From positions 138,756,361-138,820,360 of the forward strand of contig NC_068983.1 of assembly GCF_001194135.2 (NCBI RefSeq): 64,000 nucleotides of DNA, written 5' to 3'. This document shows, piece after piece, positions 51,692-64,000 of the stretch; position 1 is the stretch's first letter, and each line of letters opens with the position of its first letter. The notes below the pieces were generated by a model. It worked only from the letters and a program-made list of their open reading frames with translations. It had not been told where the DNA came from and did no database searches. The DNA comes from Octopus bimaculoides (lineage: Eukaryota). The position numbers and the translations under genes are program-made.

Positions 51692-51731
<40 letters not shown>

Positions 51732-52116
51732 NNNNNNNNNNCATATTATTAAGGTCAAATTTTAGTTATTCGCGAGAAATGTTACGCTTCATTACTAATA
51801 TAGTTCACAACCAAATTGCATGCGTTTTTTATTTAGCGCTGACGGTGCAGTTTTAAGCTACATTCTGAGATAAAATAATTGAAATTTGGTTCATTAGAAA
51901 AAAGTTGGATCAAAATATGGAAAACTAAAGTGAAAAATTAACTTCGAAAAAAGTTAAAATTAATTAGGTTTAATAGAATGTGCTCATTCCAAAGAATCTT
52001 TTGATGAATATCTCGTTAAAAAGTATTAGCAAGTAAAAACATTGTGTGACTTTAAGTAACCACTAAAAATGGTTGTTAATGAAAACTATGCAATAGTGGT
52101 ACTAAAACGAAAGATC

Positions 52117-52508
52117 TTTACGAGAGGAATCTTATGGTGAAAATCGTGTCAAAAACTATTAGCTGCAACAAATTGGTTCGCGATCAACAATAGGCGATCA
52201 TGTTAACAAATTGATTTTTGTCCGTTTAAGATATTTAGCGTTATAAAAGATGGTATCGGATGTCATGGGTTGCTTACCTTAATGGTATTGAGCATTTAAC
52301 AGGAGTGCATGGGGCACAGCGCTCGACACTCTAGCGGCTTGCCGGGCACTTTTTTTTTCCTGTTTTGTAAAGGTATTTAGCCAATCGTTTATGGTGATAT
52401 CTCCTCTGTTCTTCGTTCAAAGTTTACTTCAAATGCAAGAGCTCTATGAGAAGAATTTTATGGTGAAAGACAGTCAAGAAATACTAGCTACAAAAGAAGT
52501 TGAGTCGC
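52117..52508. repeat. Diverged direct repeats of about 65 bp, 326 bp apart
   Basis: tttacgagaggaatcttatggtgaaaatcgtgtcaaaaactattagctgcaac (from 52117) versus tctatgagaagaattttatggtgaaagacagtcaagaaatactagctacaaa (from 52443). Confidence 0.75.
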
Positions 52509-53847
52509 TTTAAATGACGATAAAACGGTGATGATCTTATGAAATCAAATTATTGTTTGTCTTTCTGAAAGCAAAAGTACTAATATTTGAACTCAAATAA
52601 AAGAGTTCATCCAGACGAATATTTTAAAGAAAACCAGTTTAAAGATAAGAAGAATAAAAAATAGGTACGACATTCTTGCGATTTCATATTAATTTTTTTT
52701 TACGCTGAATATGTATTAAAATATCTACATATTAAAAACATATTGAAATAGAAATGTAACATTCGAAAAACTAATTATCAATTATTCAATTAGAATATAA
52801 AATTATCTTACAAAAAAAAAATTGTCTGAAAATATATTTGTAACAGATTTCCTGCTATTAATACTTCGTTATTTATTTGTGCAAACAAAATTTCTGTTTG
52901 AACAAAATGCATATCTACAACATATTTACAATGCTATCAGTTTTTTTAAAATTATGAACGTACGTATAATTAATCATAATGACAGAGCGTTCCCTGAAGA
53001 AAAAAATGGACTCGAATAAAAAATGCAAGTTCAGTATCCTAGAATATTCTTAAGAATTGAACCTCGAAGAGAACAGAACAAGAAGCGAGAATTAAAACAT
53101 TGGTGCTGAGGTTAGAATTTGCTAAAAAAATTTCTGAAATTATTCATGAAGTAGTGTGATCTGTTTTATTTATGTTTTTTTGGCATTTTATTGCTAGTTT
53201 AAAAAATTTAAGTTAGTATTTTTTACTTAAAAATCATATGTATTAAGCTAAAATATTTCTGTTATTTTTAGTATTATATTATTTTAAAACATAAAAAAAA
53301 AACCAATTTATCTAAAACTTTTAAATCACCGATATTGTGTTACAAAATTAAACTCATGTAGACTATATGTAATTCAAAAGAGTAAAAAAATGAAGAAAAA
53401 ATTATTTTTTTAAATAAACAAAACAATTTCTCTGAAGTTTCCATTATCAGATAACAAAGAATTTTCTATTTACCATTAGAAAATTATTTTTTTTAAATGA
53501 ACAAATTGAGCGCAAAATATAGAAATGGTTCTCTAACTTATGGGTTATAATTGCCAATTTTGCTTAAATTTCTATTCAGCGATTTTTTAAAAATATATAA
53601 ATTTGTAATATGAAATGTTTAATGTATAAACTTGCAGGTGATTAGCATTTTCATAAAAATTGAAAATAAATAGTTTCTTCAGTGTTTTAATGCAAAGAAA
53701 GAGGATTAGCAAAATTTTAGTATTTAAATTCTAATTTCAGCAGGTTCCATGCTTAAGAATATTCTAGACTTCTGCTGCCGCACTTTTCATTCTTTTGTGT
53801 GTNNNNNNNNNNNNNNNNNNNNNNNNNNNNNNNNNNNNNNNNNNNNN

Positions 53848-53892
<45 letters not shown>

Positions 53893-54414
53893 GGGATAAA
53901 ATCCAAATTTACAGGTAAAAACCCAATTAAATTCAATTTATTAAAAATTAAAATTAAATTAAGTTTCACAGTATAAAATATATATAGAAATGTTATTAAT
54001 TAAGTGGCCAGCAAGTCCACAACCTTACCGGCACAATTTAAGAAAAATTGGGATACAATGGTGTTTATATTACCAGTTGCTAAGTTCAGAGCCAAGACTC
54101 GAAAGTTTCCAAATACTCACAATAAAGACACACACGGGCAATGCAATGAGCATATGAGAAATATGCTTACCTTTGCGTTGAATACATTACTAAGTAGTGT
54201 ATATTTCAATACCAATTGATTTCACCCTCTGTATGACGAACATACTTTGGGATCTTCAGTTGAAATTAACATTTTAACATCTATTTCTAAACTTTTCACT
54301 AATTTAGCTCATGCGTGTTTCTTTATGCTCATATATATTTAAATGATAAACTTCTAGGAAGTTAGAAAATTTTCGAACGGGAATTTGGCAGCGTCACCTC
54401 TAGCTGAACAATTA

Positions 54415-54460
54415 TTCTTTGCTGATGAAAGGAAATAAGCAGGAAATCGCGATAGACAGA
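54415..54460 (+). ncRNA. Degenerate type-I hammerhead candidate
   Basis: tctttg-CTGATGA (54422-54428)-14 nt-GAAA-TCGCGA-TA-gacaga. Core and palindromic stem III (ATCGCGAT) are intact; stem I pairs 4 of 6 and stem II has decayed. Confidence 0.4.
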
Positions 54461-55072
54461 TGTTGTTTTGAGCTGAGTGTGGGTGCTAGATTCCCTTGTT
54501 CGAAAGTATAAGGACACAGGTCATGTCGTATAGCGAGGTGGAGACGATGTCTCCTGGGGCTAAATTACGGCAACATTCGTCCTAAACCAGGGCTGCCATA
54601 TTATGTTGGCAAATAATTCTAGGAAGTTTTACCGATTTTTACAGTTCTAGTGATGGGTTGGATCTGTAGTCTTCTAATTAGCTTTCTCCTTTCTAGTTCT
54701 GCGAAGCCTAATTTCTCAAGATTGGTATTTAATCAGGGCCCCAATATTTACAGGTATAAACCTGAACTTGTTATCTGGATAAAGTAATTGCAGATTTCTC
54801 AATAGTTCAGTAGAGGTGTTCTCTTTTTTCACTGATCGTCAGCTTTATGTTAACATCCGCTGGGCAGTTAATTTCTACAACTGTGCACAGTTTCTCTTCT
54901 CTATTCCAAATCATTATATCATGTCTGTTGTGCTTACATTTTATTGAGATCTTTACTAGTACATTCCACCTGTATTCCTTTCTATTACGAATGGTTATGG
55001 CTCCTACCATATTGGAGTTTGTTATTTCTTTGTCTCCGGGATTCACCTTCCGACGGATATCATTATAGTCTC
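54460..55072 (-). mobile_element. REL-endonuclease non-LTR retrotransposon 3' fragment (R2-group), family 3
   Basis: KEYRWNVLVKISIKCKHNRHDIMIWNREEKLCTVVEINCPADVNIKLTISEK[fs]ENT.TELLRNLQLLYPDNKFRFIPVNIGAL..EKLGFAELERRKLIRRLQIQPITRTVKIGKTS* (stop 54619-54621). This is the NRPDI..VEI..P..EK..Y REL signature. The UTR extent is approximate. Confidence 0.85.
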
Positions 55073-55656
55073 CTAATTACAAGTATGTATGTATGTTTGA
55101 AAACATTACATAAAAATAAAATAATTAAAAAGATATTTTAAATGTTATCAAGTAGTTAGAAACAACCATTTCGAAGAATGTTAACAACGTTCGTGGAAGA
55201 AGTTTGCATAGAATGTTTATTTTACGTGTAGTGTGTATTTTTGTGTTAGCGCATTCGTTGTTCAGCTTTTCAATCACACGTGTTCCTGGCTAATACGTAA
55301 AGGTTAATTTGTTTTCAGTAAATGTATTGACTACTTCCGGTTTAATTTCGGAGTTAGAATTTTTATAAAACAATTTACTTTTGCCTTACGTAGTTGACAA
55401 TCGTCATGTGTATTTTGTACAAAGGGAATGTTTTGATTTTACCATTTGCACAAATATTGAGATGTGTACTACATAGAAAATTTCCCAAAAATTAATCTTC
55501 ATTTTGCACATTTGCACATTTGCACGGATGGTTATTTTTTATTCTCGTTACATTAAGGGAATGTGATGTAGTGAAATTTGTATTTTTGTTTTTCAGTACT
55601 CGTTTGAATCCAGTTGTAATAACTTTGCATTCTAAAGCCGTTAAGTTATTTCTTGT

Positions 55657-55766
55657 TCAGTTATTTCACATGTCCCACAACGAAGGACTCCACAGTTTGT
55701 TACCTGTATTATCAGTTATTTCACATGTCCTACAACGAAGGACTCCATAGTTTGTTACCTGTATTA
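55657..55766. repeat. Tandem duplication, 2 x 55 bp
   Basis: tcagttatttcacatgtcc[c/t]acaacgaaggactcca[c/t]agtttgttacctgtatta twice, with two differences. Confidence 0.95.
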
Positions 55767-56479
55767 TGGCTTTCTCCGATATGAATCTCAACTTTGTTTA
55801 GAAGTCTTCTGAGATTTGGTGGCGATCTTCGACTGCTGATTTGTGATTTTTAAATATTTGTCGGAGATTCCATGAGTGCATTATAGCTAGGAGGTATCAT
55901 TTGCTATAAATAGAATTATGGATGACTACAAAAGAAATATTTATACCTGTATTTTTGTTGTCGCCATCAGTGTAAGTGTTTCTCCGTAAGACAGAAATAG
56001 GGATTCCCTCTTGCATTATGGAATGATTTATGATGGATATTTTTGTTTTATAAAATGACACTTTTAGTTCTACAAACACACACACGCACAAACACAGACA
56101 GACAGACAGACAAATAGGCAGACAAACAGACAGACAGATAAACACACACACACACACACACAAGTAACATTTGATGGACAGGTCTCAATCCATTACAGCC
56201 GTTTCTTACACATTTTTAATTGATCAATGAGAACAATGTATCATTATAAAAATCCATTTTCTTCCGATGAATACATGAATCTTACAAACAAGGACATTTA
56301 AAATAATTTAAAATGATTCAAAGTCCACAGTACGAAATATTATTTTTGTGACTCTACAACTGTCTCATTTATTAATTAAATGATTGGAATAGAAACACCT
56401 GTAACGAATTGACACCTGTCTATGAATTTTCACTTGCTTATTTGTAATTTATAATTTCCGTATTCTTTATAATTGTTTG

Positions 56480-58244
56480 AGATATACATATATATATATA
56501 TACACACACACACGCACACACACATACATATATACATACATACATACATACATACATACACACACACATATATATATACATACACACACATATATATATA
56601 AGTATATGTATAAGTNNNNNNNNNNNNNNNNNNNNNNNNNNNNNNNNNNNNNNNNNNNNNNNNNNNNNNNNNNNNNNNNNNNNNNNNNNNNNNNNNNNNN
56701 NNNNNNNNNNNNNNNNNNNNNNNNNNNNNNNNNNNNNNNNNNNNNNNNNNNNNNNNNNNNNNNNNNNNNNNNNNNNNNNNNNNNNNNNNNNNNNNNNNNN
56801 NNNNNNNNNNNNNNNNNNNNNNNNNNNNNNNNNNNNNNNNNNNNNNNNNNNNNNNNNNNNNNNNNNNNNNNNNNNNNNNNNNNNNNNNNTATATATGAGA
56901 ATATGTATATAAGTCGAAACAATTCGTTGGCCTTTTATGGTTTTTTAATAATTGTTTATGTTATATAATATTGTTATATTATATAATATAAATAACGTAT
57001 TGGATTGTTAATAGTATCTCTCTATTTAATTTATCTTTATACATACATGCATATATATATATGTATATATATATATACATATATATATATGACCAAATCT
57101 AAAAGTACAAAAAGACACGAAAAAGAGGTGAAAAGCCAACAAACAGTGTGTTTCATTTTTACGCGTAGTAAATGTAAGAAGTCTTTGACGTTTCAAACCT
57201 ACGCTCTTCTACAGAAAAAAATAGATGAGGAAAGAAAAATATGGTGAAAATAAGATGATGGAAAGAAAGATGAAGCTTGTCTGCAATAAACGGTAAAGGC
57301 ATACTAATAATTCGATAAGAATATTTCTAGTGTTTGTGTATTTTCGTATATCCGAATTATATAGTTTAAGAAATAACATGATTCATGACAATAAAAACTA
57401 CCAATTTCACGCTGAGAGTTCTGTCCATTTTTCTCAGATGTTCATTTGAGACTATAAGGCTATTTTCCACTTTGATTTTCACTATTCTACATACTTCCAT
57501 GCATACATACATACATACATACATACATAGAGACAGACATACATACATATATACACGTGCGTAGATATATATGCATGTGTGTATACAGAATTAATTTCTT
57601 ACCTGAATCGTATTTTTCTCCATCAAATCGAATATATATACACACACACGTATATATACGTACATCATAAATATGTATATACATATATACATACATATAT
57701 ATACACACACACATATACATATACATACATTATATATCTACACACACACACATATATATATATACATACATTACATATATATATATATGTGTATATACAC
57801 ACACACACATACTTATATGCGTACACATGCCTATATCTTGTTTTATAATATTCTGCAAGTTGTTTTTCTTTATGTTTACTTGTATTTATCCGAAGTGTCA
57901 TAATTAATATAGTGTTGTCTAGGAATTGAAAGTGAAAATCGAAACTGTCTTATCCTATGTAGTGATAACAAGGAGAGAAGTAAAAAAAAAATATTTCTCT
58001 GTATAAGATTTAGTACTTTAACATTGCGTTATATCTTAATTTCCCACAGGACGTTCTTTTCGACATCTTAATTGGAAAACTCTACACACATGCACTCATA
58101 CAAACACGCACTTATATGTAACTTGCTCTCTCTCTCCCTCTCTCCCTTTATACATATAACGAAGTAAGTACACATATATAGGTGTATATATGCATATATA
58201 GATGTATATACATATATAGACAACACAACTTCATTGCAAATACA

Positions 58245-58293
<49 letters not shown>

Positions 58294-58500
58294 CATATAT
58301 ATAAATGTGTGTGTGTGCGTGCATGTGCACAAACGCACACATATAAACATATATGTCATTGTAGATTAAAGTATATAAATGTGCGTATTCTGTATATATG
58401 ATGAAGTAATGCAATTATATACATAATGGCGTAAACATGCTTATATATGCACACACGTTTATATATGTACATATATGCGGTCGCACCCATACACTCATAT
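56480..58500. repeat. Extended mixed TA/CA/TACA low-complexity region
   Basis: Dense interrupted di- and tetranucleotide runs; source of the many Y/I/H/T-rich pseudo-ORFs. Confidence 0.85.
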
Positions 58501-59185
58501 ATACAGACACACATACACGCCTGTGCTTACAAATATCTTTGCGTTGAGGTTTGCCTGCGAATATTTGTGATGTATGGTAGACGAGCCCTAACATCTATTT
58601 GTAGGTACCAAATCATACACAAAGCGATAATGCGTTCTTAACGTGCCTCTTGTTTCCGTCGAAATTAGAGTTGATATAATAAAATATGTTTGTAAATGAT
58701 AGCATTATTCAACTGGGAGTTTGGAAACAATTGATTTGTGCGTTACTCTAGGCTTCGAATTGCATCAAGTAAATCGTCCCAGTGCGATATATATNNNNNN
58801 NNNNNNNNNNNNNNNNNNNNNNNNNNNNNNNNNNNNNNNNNNNNNNNNNNNNNNNNNNNNNNNNNNNNNNNNNNNNNNNNNNNNNNNNNNNNNNNNNNNN
58901 NNNNNNNNNNNNNNNNNNNNNNNNNNNNNNNNNNNNNNNNNNNNNNNNNNNNNNNNNNNNNNNNNNNNNNNNNNNNNNNNNNNNNNNNNNNNNNNNNNNN
59001 NNNNNNNNNNNNNNNNNNNNNNNNNNNNNNNNNNNNNNNNNNNNNNNNNNNNNNNNNNNNNNNNNNNNNNNNNNNNNNNNNNNNNNNNNNNNNNNNNNNN
59101 NNNNNNNNNNNNNNNNNNNNNNNNNNNNNNNNNNNNNNNNNNNNNNNNNNNNNNNNNNNNNNNNNNNNNNNNNNNNNNNNNNNNN

Positions 59186-59247
<62 letters not shown>

Positions 59248-59617
59248 GTTGTGTGCGTTATGCAACTTATTCACGTTCTGCCCTAAAATTCTATCGAAAT
59301 CAACTTCTCTTTTACCCTTTCGGGGTCGATCGATGTTGTGTCAGTTCAAGGTTGTGGATAGGCAGAATACTAAATAATTGTTAACGTTAATCAATACATT
59401 ATTCGCTCGGCTTCCCTGTATTCCGTCTGTAAGTTCTACCTCTGTCACCGTACAAAGAACGCCCGGCAAAATCATTGGAAACCTTGGGAAGTCGTCAGGT
59501 ATACTCTCAACTCATTCTGCTTACGACTTACGACAAAGACCTTTGTTACCAGCAAAAATGCAAGTACATTTGCATGTCCTGAACTATTAAATAGAAGTTT
59601 TAACGCACATGTACCGC

Positions 59618-59618
<1 letters not shown>

Positions 59619-59689
<71 letters not shown>
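59619..59689. repeat. (CA)n microsatellite
   Basis: Direct reading. Confidence 0.97.
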
Positions 59690-59691
<2 letters not shown>

Positions 59692-60999
59692 TGTGCAGTA
59701 CTGATTTTCTCCATATCTATCCTTTGTTAGCATTATATTTACTATAGAAGAGGAAGACACGTGTGTATTCATCGTGAGATGTGCATCCATATGAAAATAT
59801 AAAGTTTTACGTGAACAGATAAGGACTAATTTAGTTAAATACCAAAATACTAAATTGCACTAATTTGCTAGTTGCTTACTGAAGAATTTCAGTTTGATAT
59901 TTCAAAAGAATATTTGTTACTAACGGCTATAGTAATCAATATATAAAGATACATTTGAATCAAATGTCCAACAACTTGTTTAATAAGCTGCGTTTCTTTG
60001 ATGCAACAGATTGAATTATTCGTTCTTGGTACAAATTAAGTCATGCATTAGATCTACAAGTAAACACTTTGAAGCAGTAATGAGCACATCGATGCACACT
60101 AGGCAGGAGTTTCAATTGAAATATTTACGTCGTGGTTAGTTATGATTACGCTAAGTCGAGCACGATGATTGTTACATAATCTATTCCGCTTAGTAAACGC
60201 CTAAAAATACGCACTACATTGTCAGAAATCCTTATTTGTTGCGTTAATTTCTGTTTAAATCTGAATAAATCTGTTCATATTCAATGTCTGAAAGTTCATT
60301 TCTTTGTTACATAAACGTAGAATAGCAATATGATTTCAAAAAACCAAAACTGTTCTCCACATTTCTTCCAATGCCATTACCATATTTCCAGTTGCACCTT
60401 TTTTTTCGGAAAGTATAAGTTCTAAAGAAATATCTTCAGAAGTAAAATCTTTAGTAGCTACCTGTGAAATGCGAGTAATCAGATATTACTAATACAACAT
60501 AGCATAAAGCTGGAGCAAGGATTTTTCAAGCTTAAGATATCGACGCATAATATCTTCGTAGCCTAAGATTAAATTATTTGAGCACTAAAAATTACTTTCT
60601 ATATCGTGCATCTCTGAATCTCATCTGTTGACTCCATATGTATGTATACATGCATACAATATATATATATATATATANNNNNNNNNNNNNNNNNNNNNNN
60701 NNNNNNNNNNNNNNNNNNNNNNNNNNNNNNNNNNNNNNNNNNNNNNNNNNNNNNNNNNNNNNNNNNNNNNNNNNNNNNNNNNNNNNNNNNNNNNNNNNNN
60801 NNNNNNNNNNNNNNNNNNNNNNNNNNNNNNNNNNNNNNNNNNATATACATATATACAATGGGCTCTCACGTCGAAGACGACGTTTGACTCATAAAGAAAT
60901 TCTGTATGTGTTGAGTGTATGTGCGTGTGTATATATTTTTAATTTCGTGTATGCGCATTATTAGCGTTTGATTTTATCGACTACACAGTATCTTAGGGT

Positions 61000-61672
61000 G
61001 GGTCAGTTGGGCACTGACTGTGAGAAAATCAGCACTATGACGCAATTCACTCGGTCAGAAATTTGTAAATGACCTGCTATACTGTTTGACATTCGCGCTG
61101 CAAGTTCCAATACGAACAGTTGGTGAACACACAGAATAATGGTTGGCTTGCCGTGTCCCCAAAACATGTACCGAGAGTGATAAAAATCAAACATCCAGTC
61201 AACATTGTTATGCCTCCATTCATCTTCCCACACGGCCTCAGAATCAACACCGTAGGCTTACATCAAGTGCCTCGGGGAGGTAGTGTCGCCCTGAGTCAAG
61301 AGGGTGGCTGCTGGAAGAACAAGACTCTGCACCATGCCACACAATCGGGAGAACCAAGTCCTGGCTGTCAGACAATTTCTGCCACCACATCACCCCTAAA
61401 ATCTGGCCACCTAACTCCCCAGACTGCAACCCCCCTTGATTATTATGTGTTGGACGAAGTTGAGAGAGAGACCGACAAAACTCCTTGTAACACCAAATAT
61501 GAACTGAAAGTAACGATTGTAGCAACATTCACCAACTTAAACAAGGAGATCGTCCAGAAGAGTTGCAGGAGATTCCGAAGTCATCTGAAGGTCGTGGTTG
61601 AAACGAATAGCAATTTTATTGAATGAATTTACTCTTTAGTATTTCAAGATATTTTAATGCAATTTTGGTAAT
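61000..61672 (+). mobile_element. Tc1/mariner DD37D (maT/mori-like) deletion derivative
   Basis: N-terminal stub MTQFTRSEICK* (61037) fused at about 61117 to LVNTQNNGWLA..KHPVNIVMPPFIFP, then QDSAPCHT (Asp 61323) and WPPNSPDCNPLDYYV (Asp 61438). The spacing is 115 nt, i.e. 37 residues plus a 1-nt frameshift. Stop at 61624-61626; TIRs not seen. Confidence 0.88.
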
Positions 61673-61836
61673 TATATGCATGCATGTATGTATGTATGTA
61701 TGTATGTATGTATGTATGTATGTATGTATGTATATGCGTACATGTATTGAAATATATATATGAGTGCGTATATATATATACGCGTGTGCATATATATGTG
61801 TGTGTTTTTGTATATGTGCTTGTGTGTGATTTTATG

Positions 61837-61879
<43 letters not shown>

Positions 61880-61890
61880 NNNNNNNNNNG

Positions 61891-61928
<38 letters not shown>

Positions 61929-62401
61929 TGTGTTTGTGAGTCTGTGTGTTTGTGTGTGTGTGTGTGTGTGTGTATGTGTGCGCGCGTGTGTGTGCACGTG
62001 TGCGTCTATACGTAGGTTCCTGTATGTTCCATTAGGTTTCTATATGAAATAAGAGTACAGTTTAGTTTTCATTGTTTAGCATTCGTCAGGACACCATTCA
62101 AAAGCTCATCATGGAATTCACAGAAGTAGAGAATCATTTTCAATTGTAATCGGATATAAATCACAGCTGTGACCTGAAATGAGAGAAAATATATGAGAAT
62201 CTTATGAATCATTCTTGCTCGCCAGCATTCTATGCTGATTGCAAACACTCTCATACACATATACAACTGAAAACCGTAGAACATAGATAGTCTCTCGTGC
62301 ACGCACAAACACGCACACACATTGATAGATAGTTAGATAGATAGATGGATATATAAACAGATAGATAAAAAGTTGTATAGATATGTATGTCTATATTTTC
62401 A

Positions 62402-62960
62402 TCTTTTTATCTTTTACCTTTTGCTTGTTTCAGTCATTAGACTGCGCCATACTAGCGAACGACCTTGAAGGAATGTTAGTCGAATGAATTGACCGCTAAG
62501 TTACGGTAACCAGTTGTCAAGTGGTGGTGGGGAGCGACAAAGACACAAATACACATATATAGATAGACATACGCACATACATATATGCGTGTGTGTGTAT
62601 ATATATATTCAATAAAATTTATACTAGAATAGAAGCACGGTCTAAAGAATAAAGCAGTAATTACTACAACAAAGAATTTAAATTTGAGACATAGAGCCAC
62701 CGAGGGTTTCCTATCTACAAAGCCAAAGCCTTGTGGACAGCTCGTCAGACTATACAAACAAAAAAAATTAAACTTTCTACGCCGCGTGATTTAAGGACTA
62801 TATATGATAGTCCTCTTTCACTTTTCCTCTGCTAAATCCACTCACAAGTAATTGGTTGGCCCAAGACCACGGTAAAAGAAATTGTAGTTGTCACCGAGTG
62901 GGACTAAACTGGGAAACATGTGATTGAGAAGCAAACTTCTTACCGCATACCAACGCTGTA
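62402..62960 (-). mobile_element. Old SINE family A copy split by an insert of about 200 bp
   Basis: Tail half 62402-62600 (ttgcttgtttcagtcattagactgcgccat..ccgctaagttacgg..gttgtcaag); head half 62806-62960 (aaatccactcacaag..gtgggactaaactgggaaacatgtg..cttcttacc). Confidence 0.8.
62690..62756 (-). ncRNA. Type-I hammerhead ribozyme relic inside the SINE insert
   Basis: Minus strand UGUAUAGU-CUGACGA-G-CUGUCCACAAGGC(UUUG)GCUUUGUAGAUAG-GAAA-CC(CUC)GG-UG-GCUCUAUG. Stem I pairs 7 of 8, stem II 12 of 13; C11.1 is missing and N17 is G. Confidence 0.7.
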
Positions 62961-63671
62961 TGTTAGTAAATTGCTGTTTTTATTCTGTTGTTCTAATATA
63001 TTCTATGCATTTGTAGTTAGAAGTAGTATAGCATGTGTTCTCATTCATTAAGATTTTATGGCAGTATTCATCTATTTTACAACTAAAGAGCAATATTTCT
63101 TATAGAATACAATGTGTCGTATTACGTATATTTAAATGAGTGCTACATATGTTTTATCAGATTAGATTTATTTTCCCTAACATTGTTATTTGGCTTAGTT
63201 TACTATTACAGTAAACGTTATGAAGTAATATATGTTTATCCTTTAAGATTCTATTATTAAAGGCGTCATTATGTGAAGATCGTAGAAAAATGATTTAACT
63301 AATGATGATTTGTATGAACGTGCATATCTGTGCATTTTGTTTTACGTAAACTGAAATGGAGGACAAGTTGTGTCTTGTTGATAAGCATATATCGAATAAC
63401 GGGGTAAAGATAAGATCAGAATTTATGTAATAGTTAAATAGTTAATATATGTTGATTTGCGAGATTATGCATCGTTAAGGATTATTTGACTTTCGGAGGA
63501 TAGCGTTTGCATTAATGTACGCGATGTTGAAATCTCTTTCTCTGTACTTTAAGGGGATACAGACTATAGGGTAGTATTTGCAGCAATGATTAATATGTTG
63601 AGATTAGTTTTCAGTGGAGGCAGTCTCTTTATGTATATATATATATGAGTCTTTGTGTGTGTAAGTGGCAT

Positions 63672-63674
<3 letters not shown>

Positions 63675-63752
<78 letters not shown>
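63675..63752. repeat. (GA)n microsatellite
   Basis: Direct reading. Confidence 0.97.
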
Positions 63753-63755
<3 letters not shown>

Positions 63756-64000
63756 CATGACAGATATATGTCTTGTCTTAATACTCATGAAAGAAACTCT
63801 GTGTGTGGTGTGTGCGTGCGTGCGGTGTGTGTATGTGTGTATGTGTGTATGTATGTATGTGTGCGCGCGCGTTTAAGCAAACGTTTCTTAGTCCTCACGC
63901 GTGTGCTTTCATACACATGTAAAAATATTGTACATTGATTGAAAGACTGACACAAGAACAAGCATTCCTATATTTGATTAACCAATTGAACGTTTTACGT

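Noticed and set aside
61837-61925. gagttt(GT)n repeated on both sides of a 10-N gap
   Set aside because: Typical unmerged contig overlap; an assembly artefact.

Overview
AT-rich, microsatellite-dense, gap-ridden eukaryotic scaffold. The two tRNA-derived SINE families, heavy (TA)n/(CA)n/(AAT)n load and TE spectrum fit a coleoid cephalopod (octopus-type) genome; this is inference, not a database match. I found no intact, nameable host gene, rRNA, tRNA or CRISPR array. Nearly all long ORFs in the track are N-gap or microsatellite artefacts. What the sequence supports is decayed mobile DNA. (1) A 3.4-kb R4/Dong-clade non-LTR retrotransposon, plus three other restriction-like-endonuclease (REL) 3' fragments. 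(2) Three to four Penelope-like (GIY-YIG) fragments, an RTE 3' end and a very decayed LINE RT. (3) Two DD34D mariners, a fold-back mariner built from two 5' ends, and a DD37D/maT derivative. (4) About 12 SINE copies. The most interesting unexplained signal is at least six type-I hammerhead-ribozyme-shaped elements in several unrelated sequence families. Most carry 1-2 inactivating core changes, one has every catalytic-core base intact, and one sits in the inverted terminal repeat of a Penelope-like fragment. Also noted: two phase-compatible chains of small minus-strand candidate exons, and a perfect 22-bp hairpin covering a candidate splice donor, resembling an ADAR editing-complementary sequence.
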